Part shown: positions 43,324 through 53,013 of the stretch, piece by piece
Layout: every line of letters starts with the position of its first letter
Position numbering within the stretch: position 1 is the stretch's first letter
Assembly (NCBI GenBank): GCA_965218425.1
Contig: OZ244621.1
Location: 2,528,001-2,592,000, forward strand
From: an uncultured Candidatus Binatia bacterium
GTDB lineage: Bacteria > Desulfobacterota > Binatia > UBA9968 > CAXXLF01
Length of the DNA: 64,000 nucleotides
Reading direction: 5' to 3'
Notes under the pieces: model-generated
The model's database searches: none
Told to the model about the DNA's origin: nothing
Seen by the model: the letters and a program-made list of their open reading frames with translations, nothing else
Made by a program: the position numbers and the translations under genes

Positions 43324-44172
43324 TCAGAACGCGTAGCGCAGAGAAAGCCGGAAGCCGTGGCTCCTGAGCTTCGCCCGCGTCGCAGGAAGATCGAGCGGCA
43401 ACGGCTCGCGGCTCCCGTCGCGCCAGACCACCCGGCCCTCGCTCCGGCCGGTGTGGACCTCGCCAAGGTCGGTGTAACGCCAAGCGAGATCGAGCGTCGT
43501 GCGTTTGCTCAGCTCCGCCGCAACCCCCGCCGTCAGCATCCAGGCGAGACCAGCCCGGCTCGCGCCCGGGACGATGGTCGTCGTCCTCGGAAAGGTCATG
43601 CGGGATTCGCCGATCCGGGTGCGGACGGTGCCGACACCGGCTCCGATGAACGGTCCGAAGGGGCCGAGCCTCGGCAGGCCCAGCCCGGGCAGGTCGACAT
43701 AGGCGGCCAGGATGCCGGAGAGCGATGACAGGTCCGCACTCACCGATTGCCGGCGTTCCGGTGCCAGGAAATTGGTGCGGCCCTCGAAGGCGAAGCGCGG
43801 CCGGTATTCGACCAGCACCTCGAGCCGCAGCGCGGACGCGGCGGCGTAGCCGAGCCCGAGTTCGAGCGCGGGAACCGTCCCGAAACTGCCGACCGAACGC
43901 AGGCGTGCGCCGTCGCTGCCCGTGCCGCAGCCGTAGAGCGCCGCAGGAGAGGAGCTCGAACAGTCCCTGTCCGTGAACATGGTTTTGGCCGGACGGTCGA
44001 GACCCACCCCGGCCCGCATGTAATAATCGCTGGCGGCCGCGGCCTCGGCAGCCATGGACGCCACGACCGCGATCGCGGCCACCGCCAGAGAGCGCCAGTT
44101 CGCCCGCACCGCCGCGCTTCGCGCCAGCCGGTCGCGATGCGCATCGGGAAGCCGGATTGTCAGTGTCGCCAT
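43324..44172 (-). CDS. Opacity/OmpA-type outer-membrane beta-barrel fused to an antitoxin N-terminus
   Basis: LRLEV, AYVDL, PFIGAGVG, LDLAWRYTDLG, terminal LRYAF; first ~17 aa MATLTIRLPDAHRDRLA look like an RHH antitoxin. Confidence 0.75.
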   Translation of the reverse strand: MATLTIRLPDAHRDRLARSAAVRANWRSLAVAAIAVVASMAAEAAAASDYYMRAGVGLDRPAKTMFTDRDCSSSSPAALYGCGTGSDGARLRSVGSFGTVPALELGLGYAAASALRLEVLVEYRPRFAFEGRTNFLAPERRQSVSADLSSLSGILAAYVDLPGLGLPRLGPFGPFIGAGVGTVRTRIGESRMTFPRTTTIVPGASRAGLAWMLTAGVAAELSKRTTLDLAWRYTDLGEVHTGRSEGRVVWRDGSREPLPLDLPATRAKLRSHGFRLSLRYAF

Positions 44173-44173
44173 G

Positions 44174-44350
44174 TCACTCGTCCTCCTTCAGCCAAGCACC
44201 CGGCGTGACGACGCGGAAGCCGTCGAAGACCAGTTCGCCCGCCGCGACATCCCTCTCATTGCCGGTCACGATCCACGCCGTAATGCCCCCGACTGCCAGC
44301 TCGACCAGATGGTTGTCGGACTCGTCCCGGAGGTTCGGGCTCCAGAGATA
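44174..44350 (-). pseudogene. PIN-family toxin C-terminal fragment
   Basis: YLWSPNLRDESDNHLVELAV.G..WIVTGNERD; N-terminal VVDT motif missing. Confidence 0.75.
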
Positions 44351-44394
44351 GGAGACGATGATCCTTTGCACCATGATATGACAGCATATAGCCA

Positions 44395-44462
44395 TCATAA
44401 CGCTGCGCAACCAGCGGTCGAAGCTGGCGGCCAGCGTCCATTGCGCAGCGCTGGGGTTAGCC
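44395..44462 (-). other. attC-like imperfect palindrome
   Basis: Minus strand GGCTAAC...GTTATGA ends, internal CGCTGCGCAA/TTGCGCAGCG stem, 68 nt, between a gene end and a TA relic. Confidence 0.45.
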
Positions 44463-44501
44463 CTGCCCTACCGCCCCGCCCGGCATTGGGGGCAATTCAG
44501 A

Positions 44502-44732
44502 TCAACGCCTGGTCGGGTGGTCTCTCTCGCCCCTCTCAAAATCGCAGTTTGGATTGTTCTTGTGTCTTACGAAACCTTGCTTAGCCGTGTCTTGCGTAAG
44601 ATGGTCGTCGCATTCGGGGCACCTAGAGTTGTTCTTGTTGGCACTTGATGTTTTCACTTTAAATAGTCCTCCTTTTTTTCTTCTCAGCGTTCCGGCCTTG
44701 AGATCAAGATATGAATCAGAGCCACGAGCCAC
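44502..44732 (-). CDS. Small basic Cys/His protein, hypothetical
   Basis: CPEC...H....C motif. Confidence 0.5.
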   Translation of the reverse strand: MARGSDSYLDLKAGTLRRKKGGLFKVKTSSANKNNSRCPECDDHLTQDTAKQGFVRHKNNPNCDFERGERDHPTRR

Positions 44733-44757
44733 ACGAGCAAGCCTTGAAAGCCGGACA

Positions 44758-45381
44758 TTAGACTAGATCCCGCGCTTTTGGATTAGATTGCGGAAAATCT
44801 CTCTCTGCTTTTTTCATATTGGATTTGATGGCGGAAAGCGTTTCCTCTTCGAGGAATTTTTTATAAAGCGTTTCTTCGAGTGCTTTCCAGTCCTGAAACA
44901 AGGGCCAGGCTTCAGAGTTGGCCGCTATGTCAACCTCAAGGGTCCTTTTGACTAGGCGGGAGGATTCTTCCCGCAGGGGTTTTATCTTTTCCATAGCGCT
45001 TTCATATTCCCTTATCTGTGCGTCAATGGACTTTTTGTTCCACTGTGGACCCAAAACATACTCTGGGTCCATAAAAAGAAGGATGGCAGACGCATCTTTT
45101 TTAGCTGCTTCGTATCGCTCAACTGCCGCCTCCGCTTGTTTCATTGCCGCCTCTCGGATTGGCTTCCATTTTTCGGTTACTGCTTCCCATGCCTTATAGA
45201 CAGACGAACCACCCCTTGCCAGCATTGCCCTATCACGCGCCCTACTGCGGACTTCCTTGGCGAGCTGGCGGAGTTCGATTTGACGTTCAGCCTCGGCAAT
45301 GTCCGCTTGAGTATCCGCAAAGGCCGGGAGGGTTCCGAGGCCGATGAGAGCGATTAGCAGCATAACGGTTGTACGATTCAT
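44758..45381 (-). CDS. Secreted helical hypothetical protein
   Basis: Signal peptide ending PAFA; charged helical mature part. Confidence 0.7.
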   Translation of the reverse strand: MNRTTVMLLIALIGLGTLPAFADTQADIAEAERQIELRQLAKEVRSRARDRAMLARGGSSVYKAWEAVTEKWKPIREAAMKQAEAAVERYEAAKKDASAILLFMDPEYVLGPQWNKKSIDAQIREYESAMEKIKPLREESSRLVKRTLEVDIAANSEAWPLFQDWKALEETLYKKFLEEETLSAIKSNMKKAERDFPQSNPKARDLV

Positions 45382-45433
45382 AAACGCACCCTATTGGGCA
45401 AACCTACTCCGAGGGTTTAGGTGAGCCTTTGCG

Positions 45434-45811
45434 TCAAGGCGTGTTAATGCGAAAGTAGGTGAGGCTTCGGATCGGAATACCGTCCTTCTCGTACCTCCCA
45501 AAAGACCATGCGTTGGGATGTTCCTGTACCATCTCCCAGACAAAGAGACCGAAGCAATATCCTGATGCCTTCATGTCGTATCGGCAGGCGTCGGTGTAGA
45601 TGGGTTCCCAGACTGTACCTGTCCAGTCATGTCCTGGCATCCAACCCGCAGTGTGAATTTCGTCACCATCAATCATGTCGCGAAGCTCCGCGTGGATAGC
45701 ATCGATCTGCGCAGTGGTGAGTCGAGACCGCCACAGACTGAACTCCGCCTGATGAAGCGTGTAGGTGACTTTCCGGATCTGTCCCCCACTATCAATAGAA
45801 TAGAGTGCCAT
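45434..45811 (-). CDS. Hypothetical protein
   Basis: 125-aa Trp-rich ORF with AGGGGT RBS. Confidence 0.7.
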   Translation of the reverse strand: MALYSIDSGGQIRKVTYTLHQAEFSLWRSRLTTAQIDAIHAELRDMIDGDEIHTAGWMPGHDWTGTVWEPIYTDACRYDMKASGYCFGLFVWEMVQEHPNAWSFGRYEKDGIPIRSLTYFRINTP

Positions 45812-45852
45812 GAGCCTTACCCCTAATTAGCGATGATTTCATGGGGGGGGGA

Positions 45853-47120
45853 TGACCTTGCCCCCTAAAACGAGTCCAGGTGAAATGTTAGGGATTTTGA
45901 TTTTAGGAAGGAGGCAAGGATGGCAAGAAAGCGATTTACGGCCGAGCAGATTATCCTCAAGCTGCGTGAGGCGGAGGTGAGCTTGGCCCAAGGGAAGGCG
46001 GTGGGCCAGGTGTGCAAGCAGGTGGGGGTAACCGTGCAGACCTACTACCGGTGGAGGAAGGAATATGGAGGCCTGAAGATGGATCAGGCCAAGAGGCTCA
46101 AGGCCTTGGACAAGGAGAATGCGCGGTTGAAGAAGCTGGTGGCGGATCTATCGCTGGACAACCAGATCCTGAAGGAAGTGTCCTCGGGAAACTTCTAGGC
46201 CCGGCGAAGAGGAGACGAGCGGTGATATGGGCCAGAGAAAGATTGGGACCTGATCGAGTCTCCGAACGCCGGGCTTGCCAAGTGTTGGGACAGCCGCGAT
46301 CGACGCAACGAAGAGTCCGAGAGATCCCGGAAGAGGAAGCAAGACTAGTGGCTCGGATGATGGAGCTGGCCAGCGAATACGGGCGATACGGCTACCGGAG
46401 GATTACGGCCATGCTGCGTGGGGAGGGGTGGAAGGTCAACCACAAGCGAGTGGAGAGGCTCTGGAGGCAGGAAGGGCTGAAAGTCCTCAGCCGTCAGCCT
46501 AAGCGAGGGAGGCTCCGGTTGACTGATGGCTCCTGCATTCGCCTGAGACCGGCGCATCGAAACCATGTGTGGAGTTATGACTTCGTGCACGAGCGAACCG
46601 AAGACGGTCGGGCCTTTCGGCTGTTGAGCATCCTGGATGAATACACCCGGGAGTGCTTGGCGATTGATGTGGCCAGACGGATGAATCACCGGGATGTGCT
46701 GGAACGGTTAGCGGAGCTATTCGTGGAACGGGGCGTGCCGCAGTCCCTTCGGTCCGACAATGGCCCCGAGTTTACGGCTCAGGCTATCCGGGACTGGCTC
46801 AAGGCCATTGGTGTCAGGACACTCTACATCGAGCCTGGCAGTCCTTGGGAGAATGGCTACGTGGAGAGTTTTAACGGAAAACTCAGGGATGAGCTGCTCA
46901 ACCGGGAGGTGTTTGAAACCCTGAGGGAAGCTCAGGTGCTGATCGAAAGATGGAGAAGAGAGTATAACCAGCGGCGGCCTCACAGCGCCCTGGGCTATCG
47001 TTCTCCGGCACCGGAGGCCTTTCTGCCCAGAGCGCAGGCTGGGAATTCATCCCCATGGGCTGGACTCCAGATAATTCCGGCTCTAACTTAAAGGGTGGTA
47101 CCACTCCTGGGGGCAGGTCA
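45853..47120 (+). mobile_element. IS3-family element copy 3 (1268 bp), target duplication GGGA
   Basis: orfA 45920-46198, orfB to 47091, G-GGA-AAC -1 frameshift site at 46186-46192. Confidence 0.96.
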
Positions 47121-47123
47121 GGG

Positions 47124-47190
47124 ACGGTAGCCTTAAAACCGGGTTAGTGTCAACCCGAAACTCCCCGTCCAGCCCTTGCGCTTTGCCGGG
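47124..47190. repeat. Junction repeat copy C with minus-strand promoter TTGACA-N18-TACCGT
   Basis: ACGGTAGCCTTAAAACCGGGTTAGTGTCAA and CCGTCCAGCCCTTGCGC.TTGCCGG shared with copy B. Confidence 0.75.
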
Positions 47191-47473
47191 CAGGATTAAC
47201 GATCCATTTCAAAAGCCCATGTTGAGGGGAGATCGTGCGTTATAGGGCAATTTGGGGGCTTGCCCTGAAACTGGGGGAACCCAAACGCACGCGGGATCCT
47301 TGTTTTACCTGTGGATAATTTCTGCACCATCCAGGCAAGCTGGGCGTCGACCTGGCCGGGGCGGGCGAGCGCTAGGGAGTTTGAAAAAATCGAGAGCCAA
47401 TGAAATCAAGGCTTTTTCCTGGTAACGGCAAATTGCACAATTTTTGGTCAAATTGAAAGCTAAGGGGGAGAGA

Positions 47474-48079
47474 TTAAGGCTTTACAGCGTTTTGGGGCCA
47501 GTATCTTATCGTAGGGTTTTTCTGATCTGTTGGGTTCGCTCTAAGATAATCGAGGCTGAACTTATCGGCAAACAGCAAGACAGTCTCTCGGAACACGTCC
47601 TGAAGTGTTTCCAGTGAGCCGTATCCAGTATAGCTAAATTGCCATGTAATTGTGTGGGTGGATTCGTTGTTTGGTGGTACGCGGATGGGATCGGCAAGTT
47701 GGACCAGTCCAAATTCGAGACTATAAATATGGATTGCTAACTCAGCATGCTTTAAGATGTTCACGAGAACGAAGAGAATCGGGGCAGAGGTTTTTCCCGT
47801 AATTGGCACCCCGTTTTTTCTCAGTCTCAGTTCAAGTGCGTCGTGTAGTAGTTCCCTTCTTTCCCTGTGCCATTTGTCATTAGAATGCAGACCCGTAAAG
47901 GGACCAGGGGTAAGGCGGGCAACCTTCGTAACAATCTGGACCGGATCTAACTCGGCCAATGATAGAATCTAGTCGGGAATCTTTTCATACTTTTCATTGC
48001 CAATGTCTAGTTGCGCCTCTGCGGATGCAGAAACCCCCATGGCCACTACAAGCACAACGACACTGAAAGTAGAATACAT
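47474..48079 (-). pseudogene. Secreted hypothetical protein with in-frame TAG (47969-47971)
   Basis: GGAGGTG RBS, ATG 48079, signal peptide, same frame as ORF 47474-47959. Confidence 0.6.
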
Positions 48080-48129
48080 GGGAACACCTCCGTAGGGACA
48101 CTAGTAAATCGGCAATTGGCTGTCAATTG

Positions 48130-48221
48130 GTATGGATTGGATTGTGGGGTTGATTGATGCCTGTACCACCAAGCCCGGACCGCGTGGCCCCTACAAAATA
48201 ATTTCAAACTGAGATACTACC
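48130..48221 (+). mobile_element. IS1-family-like element end remnant
   Basis: Encodes ..IVGLIDA...KPGPRGPYK.ISN* and ends ATTTCAAACTGAGATACTACC, like 23913-23933. Confidence 0.55.
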
Positions 48222-48317
48222 GCGGCTTTTAACAGGTTGTTTTTTAGTCTAGTCAAAGATAGCATTTGGCTAGGCGCTCAGAGCAGTTGCAGCGAAAAAC
48301 GAGGACAAGGAGAGAAT

Positions 48318-48343
48318 CAATGGGGGCAACTTTAGGGGCAACA
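48318..48343 (+). promoter_or_regulatory. Right-end arm-type site
   Basis: 25/26 identical to 8641-8666. Confidence 0.75.
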
Positions 48344-48399
48344 GGTTAATTATTGAAATTCAAGTAGTTGTTTTATCAATAAGTTATGACCGGAATGTA

Positions 48400-48442
48400 A
48401 TTCCCCCCGCCCCATTTACCTTTCCAGTACCATCCAAAAAAG
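48400..48442 (+). repeat. attR: displaced tmRNA 3' fragment with 4-nt deletion (TCCA)
   Basis: ATTCCCCCCGCC----CCATTTACCTTTCCAGTACCATCCAAAAAAG. Confidence 0.85.
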
Positions 48443-48527
48443 ATCAAAAAATTCCTTGTAAATCATAAAGTTAATTTGATATAGCGTCCGTTATGGTCCC
48501 ATGCCGTCCAACTAAATCTGCCCCCAT

Positions 48528-48600
48528 GTGTCGTTGACTGATACCGCTATTCGCTCTGCAAAGCCCGAGGATAAGACTTTCAAGCTGTTTGATACCGGGC
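48528..48600 (+). pseudogene. 5' stub of a second related integrase
   Basis: GTG start reads MSLTDTAIRSAKPEDKTFKLFDTG versus MPLTDVSIRAAKPRQKTFKLFDSG. Confidence 0.85.
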
Positions 48601-48625
48601 CGGTTGGGGTTTAATCGGTCCTGCG

Positions 48626-49378
48626 CTAATTCGACAGGATCTGGCTGAGGAACAGTTTGGTCCGGTCGTTCTGCGGGTTGTCGAAGAATTCCTTTGGCCG
48701 GTTTTGCTCTATGATCTCGCCCCCGTCCATGAAGATGACGCAATCGGCGACGCGGTTGGCGAACCCCATTTCGTGGGTCACGACCAGCATGGTCATGCCG
48801 GACTCGGCAAGCTCGATCATCACGTCGAGCACCTCCTTGATCATCTCGGGGTCGAGCGCAGACGTCGGTTCGTCGAACAGCATGATCTTGGGCTGCATGC
48901 ACAGGGATCTTGCAATGGCGACGCGCTGCTGCTGACCGCCCGATAGCTGGCCGGGAAATTTATCCGCCTGTTCGGAGATCTGGACCCGCTCGAGATATTG
49001 CCGCGCCAGCGCCTCGGCTTTGTCCCTGGGCGTCTTGCGCACCCAGATGGGCGCCAGCGTGCAGTTCTCCAGCACCGTCAGATGCGGGAACAGGTTGAAG
49101 TGCTGGAACACCATCCCGACTTCCGACCGGATCTGCTCGATATGTTTGAGATCGCCGGTGAGTTCGGTCCCGTCGACCACGATGGTTCCGCGCTGATGCT
49201 GTTCGAGATGGTTGATGCAACGGATCAGAGTCGATTTGCCCGAGCCCGACGGCCCGCAAATAACAACGCGTTCGCCCGTCGCCACCGTCAGGTTGATGTT
49301 CTTCAGGACATGAAACGGGCCGAACCACTTGTTCATGCCGGCGATCTCGATGATAGGTGCGGCGGAAGCGTCTAACAT
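48626..49378 (-). CDS. aapP: Amino-acid ABC transporter ATPase
   Basis: [36 protein letters not shown]. Confidence 0.92.
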   Translation of the reverse strand: MLDASAAPIIEIAGMNKWFGPFHVLKNINLTVATGERVVICGPSGSGKSTLIRCINHLEQHQRGTIVVDGTELTGDLKHIEQIRSEVGMVFQHFNLFPHLTVLENCTLAPIWVRKTPRDKAEALARQYLERVQISEQADKFPGQLSGGQQQRVAIARSLCMQPKIMLFDEPTSALDPEMIKEVLDVMIELAESGMTMLVVTHEMGFANRVADCVIFMDGGEIIEQNRPKEFFDNPQNDRTKLFLSQILSN

Positions 49379-49388
49379 GGCGTTACTC

Positions 49389-50510
49389 CTAACGGTGATC
49401 GGTGCTGAGCCGTTTCTCGAGCCACAACGAGTAGCGCGACATGGCGAAACAGCTGATAAAAAAGAAAAGCGCGCAAAACAGATAGGTTTCGGTGGAAAGC
49501 CCGTTCCACTTAGCGTCCGCGAGCACGGCGCGGCCGATTCCCAGCGGATCAAGGAGCCCGATGACGATCACCAGCGTAGTGTCCTTGTAGAGCGATATGA
49601 AACAGTTCACGAGGCCGGGGATCGAAACTTTAAGCGCCTGGGGCAGGGTGATCAGCAAAGTGGTCTTCCAGTAGGACAGCCCCAGCGCATCGGCGGCTTC
49701 GTACTGACCGCGGAGGATGGCCTGAATGCCGCCGCGTACGACTTCGGCGACGTAGGCCGAGGCGAACAGTGACACCATGATCAGCACCCGGACCAGCAGA
49801 TTGAAGCTGGTGCCGGCCGGTAGGAAGTAGTTGAGCATGGTGGAGGCGACGAACAGTAGTGCGATTAACGGTACGCCGCGCAGGAACTCGATAAAACTGA
49901 CGCAGATTATGCGGATGGCCAATAGCCTGGACTGCCGCCCGAGCGCCAGCAGGATGCCGATCGGGAGCGAGGCGAAGATCCCGGTCACGCCGACGATCAG
50001 CGTGAGCAGAAACCCGCCATAGGCTTGGGTATCGACCACCTCGAGCCCGAGGCCGCCATAGATCAGCCAGCCCCCGATAAAGGGGTAGGCCAGGGAGAAC
50101 AGCACCAGGCGCCGGCGATACGGGGTTCGGTCGTAAAGCATCGGCACCAGGGCGGCAAGCAGCAAGACAAAAGCCAGATTGGGGCGCCAGCGCTCGGCGG
50201 CCGGATAGAAGCCGTAGGCGAACTGCTCGACCCGGGTAGCGATCACGGCCCAGCATGCGCCGTTGCCGATCTTGCGGCACCCGACCCGCGAATCGGCGTC
50301 GACCACCGCGTCGAGCAGCAGCCAGTCGATGGCGGCGACGATGAATTGGACCAGAAGAAAGGCGAAGAAGATCGTCAATGCGGTGTTGGATATCGATGAA
50401 AACAGATTCGCGCGCAGCCAGCCCAGCACACCGACGGACCCCATGGGCGGCGGCAGATTGGGATGCTGGCCCGGCGGATAGGCGCGCGGCGGCGGTTCCT
50501 TGCGCGTCAT
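49389..50510 (-). CDS. aapM: Amino-acid ABC transporter permease
   Basis: [39 protein letters not shown]. Confidence 0.9.
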   Translation of the reverse strand: MTRKEPPPRAYPPGQHPNLPPPMGSVGVLGWLRANLFSSISNTALTIFFAFLLVQFIVAAIDWLLLDAVVDADSRVGCRKIGNGACWAVIATRVEQFAYGFYPAAERWRPNLAFVLLLAALVPMLYDRTPYRRRLVLFSLAYPFIGGWLIYGGLGLEVVDTQAYGGFLLTLIVGVTGIFASLPIGILLALGRQSRLLAIRIICVSFIEFLRGVPLIALLFVASTMLNYFLPAGTSFNLLVRVLIMVSLFASAYVAEVVRGGIQAILRGQYEAADALGLSYWKTTLLITLPQALKVSIPGLVNCFISLYKDTTLVIVIGLLDPLGIGRAVLADAKWNGLSTETYLFCALFFFISCFAMSRYSLWLEKRLSTDHR

Positions 50511-51739
50511 CGTTCCACCAACCTGACACGATTGTTGTACCAGTTCATAAAAGCCGAGATGGCGAGCGACAGCGACAGATAGATCAGCATCACCAGCATC
50601 ATGGATTCTATCTCGCGGCCGGTCTGGTTAAGCGTGATGCCGCCGAGCGTCGCCACCAGATCCATATAGCCGATGGCGATGGCGAGGGAGGAGTTTTTGG
50701 TCAGGTTGAGATATTGCGAGGTGAGGGGTGGGATGATCACGCGCAGGGCCTGCGGGAGGATCACCAGTTTGAGTACCCGGCCGGGCCGCAGGCCGAGGGA
50801 TTGGGCGGCCTCGCGCTGCCCCTTGTCAACGGCCAGAATGCCCCCCCGCACGTTTTCGGCGATAAAGGCGGCGGTATAGATCGAGAGCGCCCAGGTCAGC
50901 GCGACGAATTCGGGAATGAGCGACAGACCGCCCTGAAAATTGAAGCCGCTCAAGGCCGGAAACTCGAAGGAGACCGGCGCGCCCGCGGCAAGATAAGCTA
51001 GCAGCGGCAGCCCCACGATGGCCGCGGCGCCGACCCACAGTGCCGGGAAATAGCGTCCGGTTTCGTCCTGGAGGCGTCTTGCATGGCGGCTGACGCCATA
51101 GGCGACGCCGATGCCGACGATCAAGGCGGCGAGGAGCACCCACGCGCCTTCCTCGAACAATGGCCTGGGGATATAAAACCCGCGATTGGCCAGGAAGACG
51201 GACCCGCCAAACCCGATTGCCCGGCGCGGATGGGGCAGTGTGTTGATGATGATGCCGTGCCACAGAAGTATGTGGAGCAGCACCGGCACGTTGCGGGTGA
51301 ATTCGACGAAACAGTAGGTGGCCTTCGCCACCAGCCAGTTTGACGACAGCCGCAACGCCCCCAGCGCAAAGCCCAGGGCGGTGGCGATCATGATCGCGAC
51401 GACCGCCACCAGGAGGGTGTTGATCAGTCCGACCACGGCGGCGCGCAGGTGCGTGTCCTGGTTGGTGTAATCTATCAGTGTCTGGTTGATGTCGTAATTG
51501 GCCGGCAGTTCCCACAGAAAGCTGAAGCCGAAGGTCTTTTCCAGCGCAGCAAAATTGACCAGCACATTGCCGATCAGCCAGGCCGTGGCGGCGAAGAACC
51601 CGAGCACCACGAGAATCTGGATCGCGACGCCGCGAAGGCGTTCATCGCGCCACAACCGTGACAGACGAAACGGCGGCTTCGGCGGCAGCGTCCGGCTGGT
51701 TAGCGACTGGTTTGTCACGGCGGTTGAGCGTGAACTCAA
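50507..51739 (-). CDS. aapQ: Amino-acid ABC transporter permease
   Basis: GLINT, RLSSNWL, RNVP.LL, GQREAA, SQYLNLTKNSSLA. Confidence 0.9.
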   Translation of the reverse strand: MSSRSTAVTNQSLTSRTLPPKPPFRLSRLWRDERLRGVAIQILVVLGFFAATAWLIGNVLVNFAALEKTFGFSFLWELPANYDINQTLIDYTNQDTHLRAAVVGLINTLLVAVVAIMIATALGFALGALRLSSNWLVAKATYCFVEFTRNVPVLLHILLWHGIIINTLPHPRRAIGFGGSVFLANRGFYIPRPLFEEGAWVLLAALIVGIGVAYGVSRHARRLQDETGRYFPALWVGAAAIVGLPLLAYLAAGAPVSFEFPALSGFNFQGGLSLIPEFVALTWALSIYTAAFIAENVRGGILAVDKGQREAAQSLGLRPGRVLKLVILPQALRVIIPPLTSQYLNLTKNSSLAIAIGYMDLVATLGGITLNQTGREIESMMLVMLIYLSLSLAISAFMNWYNNRVRLVER

Positions 51740-51786
51740 AGAAAATCACCCCGCGGGACCGCCGCGGGGTGATGGAGGGATTTCTT

Positions 51787-52809
51787 CTAGCGGAAGGGCG
51801 GGGAGTACATCAGCCCGCCGTTCGTCCACAGCGCGTTGACGCCGCGCGCGATGCCGAGTGCCGTGTTCTTGCCTAGATTGGCCTCGAAGACCTCGCCGTA
51901 ATTGCCGACTTGCGTGATGACGTTGACCGCCCAGTCCTTCGACAGCTTGAGCACCTCGCGGCCCTGCAGGTTCTCCTCGCCTAGCAGCCGCTTGACCTCG
52001 GGGCTCTTGGTGGTCTTGGCCATGGCTGCGGCATTTTTCGAAGTGAGGCCGAACTCTTCCGCCGTGATCATGGCGTTGAGCGTCCAGCGCACGATATCGG
52101 CCCACTGGTCGTCGCCATGGCGCACTACCGGGCCGAGCGGCTCCTTGGAAATAATCTCCGGCAATACGAGATGGTCCGACGGGTTGTTGAAGGTGGCGCG
52201 CGTGGCGGCGAGCCCGGAAGCGTCGGTGGTATACGCATCGCAGCGCCCGGCCAGATAGTTGCTGCGCGCTTCCGCGTTGGTCTCGATCGGCACCGGCTGG
52301 TACTTCATATTGTTGGCGCGGAAGAAATCGGCCAGGTTGAGTTCGGTAGTGGTCCCGGTCTGTATGCAGACCGACGCGCCGCCAAGCTTCTTGGCCGACG
52401 TGACCCCAAGCTTCTTCGGGACAATGAAGCCCTGTCCGTCATAGTAATTGACGCCGACGAAGGTAAGCTGCAGATCGACGTCGCGGCTGAAGGTCCAGGT
52501 GGTGTTGCGCGACAGCATGTCGATCTCGCTCGAGCGCAGTGCGGTGAAGCGGGTCTTGCCCGTCAGGCTGGTGTATTTGATCTTTTTCGCATCGCCCAGC
52601 ACGGCGGCGGCGACGGCGCGGCACAGATCCACATCGAAACCTCGCCAGACCCCCTTGTCGTCGGGTGCGGCAAATCCCGGCAGGCCGGTGTTGATGCCGC
52701 ATTGAAGATGGCCGCGCTTTCTGACGTCGTCCATCGTGGCGGCGTTCGCTATGCCGGCTGCGAGCATCACGACCGCAGCGGCAGTGCCCAGTGACTTAAA
52801 TAATTGCAT
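51787..52809 (-). CDS. aapJ: General L-amino-acid ABC transporter substrate-binding protein
   Basis: Signal peptide, GFDVDLCRAVAAA, LSRNTTWT..RD, ISKEPLGP, VGNYGE, YSPPFR. Confidence 0.92.
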   Translation of the reverse strand: MQLFKSLGTAAAVVMLAAGIANAATMDDVRKRGHLQCGINTGLPGFAAPDDKGVWRGFDVDLCRAVAAAVLGDAKKIKYTSLTGKTRFTALRSSEIDMLSRNTTWTFSRDVDLQLTFVGVNYYDGQGFIVPKKLGVTSAKKLGGASVCIQTGTTTELNLADFFRANNMKYQPVPIETNAEARSNYLAGRCDAYTTDASGLAATRATFNNPSDHLVLPEIISKEPLGPVVRHGDDQWADIVRWTLNAMITAEEFGLTSKNAAAMAKTTKSPEVKRLLGEENLQGREVLKLSKDWAVNVITQVGNYGEVFEANLGKNTALGIARGVNALWTNGGLMYSPPFR

Positions 52810-53013
52810 GGCTCATACCTCCTATTTCATCGTCCTTGTTTTGATAACAGGCTGGGTTTAGCAAAATATGAGATAGCGGTCAATGTTAATCTTTCCAACT
52901 GGTTCAGTTCGATTTTCGATCCGGTAAATTCCGGGTTCCGTCGCCGCCGGGCGACTGGAGGTTGGTGTCGAATGAAGAATTTCCTTCGCGCAAGCTGACG
53001 CCCATGGCCCGAC

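Larger units (their letters stand above)
8511..48414. mobile_element. tmRNA-integrated genomic island (P4/satellite-like), ~39.9 kb
   Basis: Integrase next to ssrA; tmRNA 3' fragment repeated at 48400; 26-nt arm-type repeat near both ends; primase/ATPase core. Confidence 0.88.

Noticed and set aside
47310..47318. Perfect DnaA box TGTGGATAA and nearby GC-rich cos-like text
   Set aside because: Single box with no cluster; resemblance to a packaging site is too vague to support
49379..49552. Extended N-terminus of aapP in the ORF track
   Set aside because: Overlaps aapM; AGGAG RBS supports ATG at 49378
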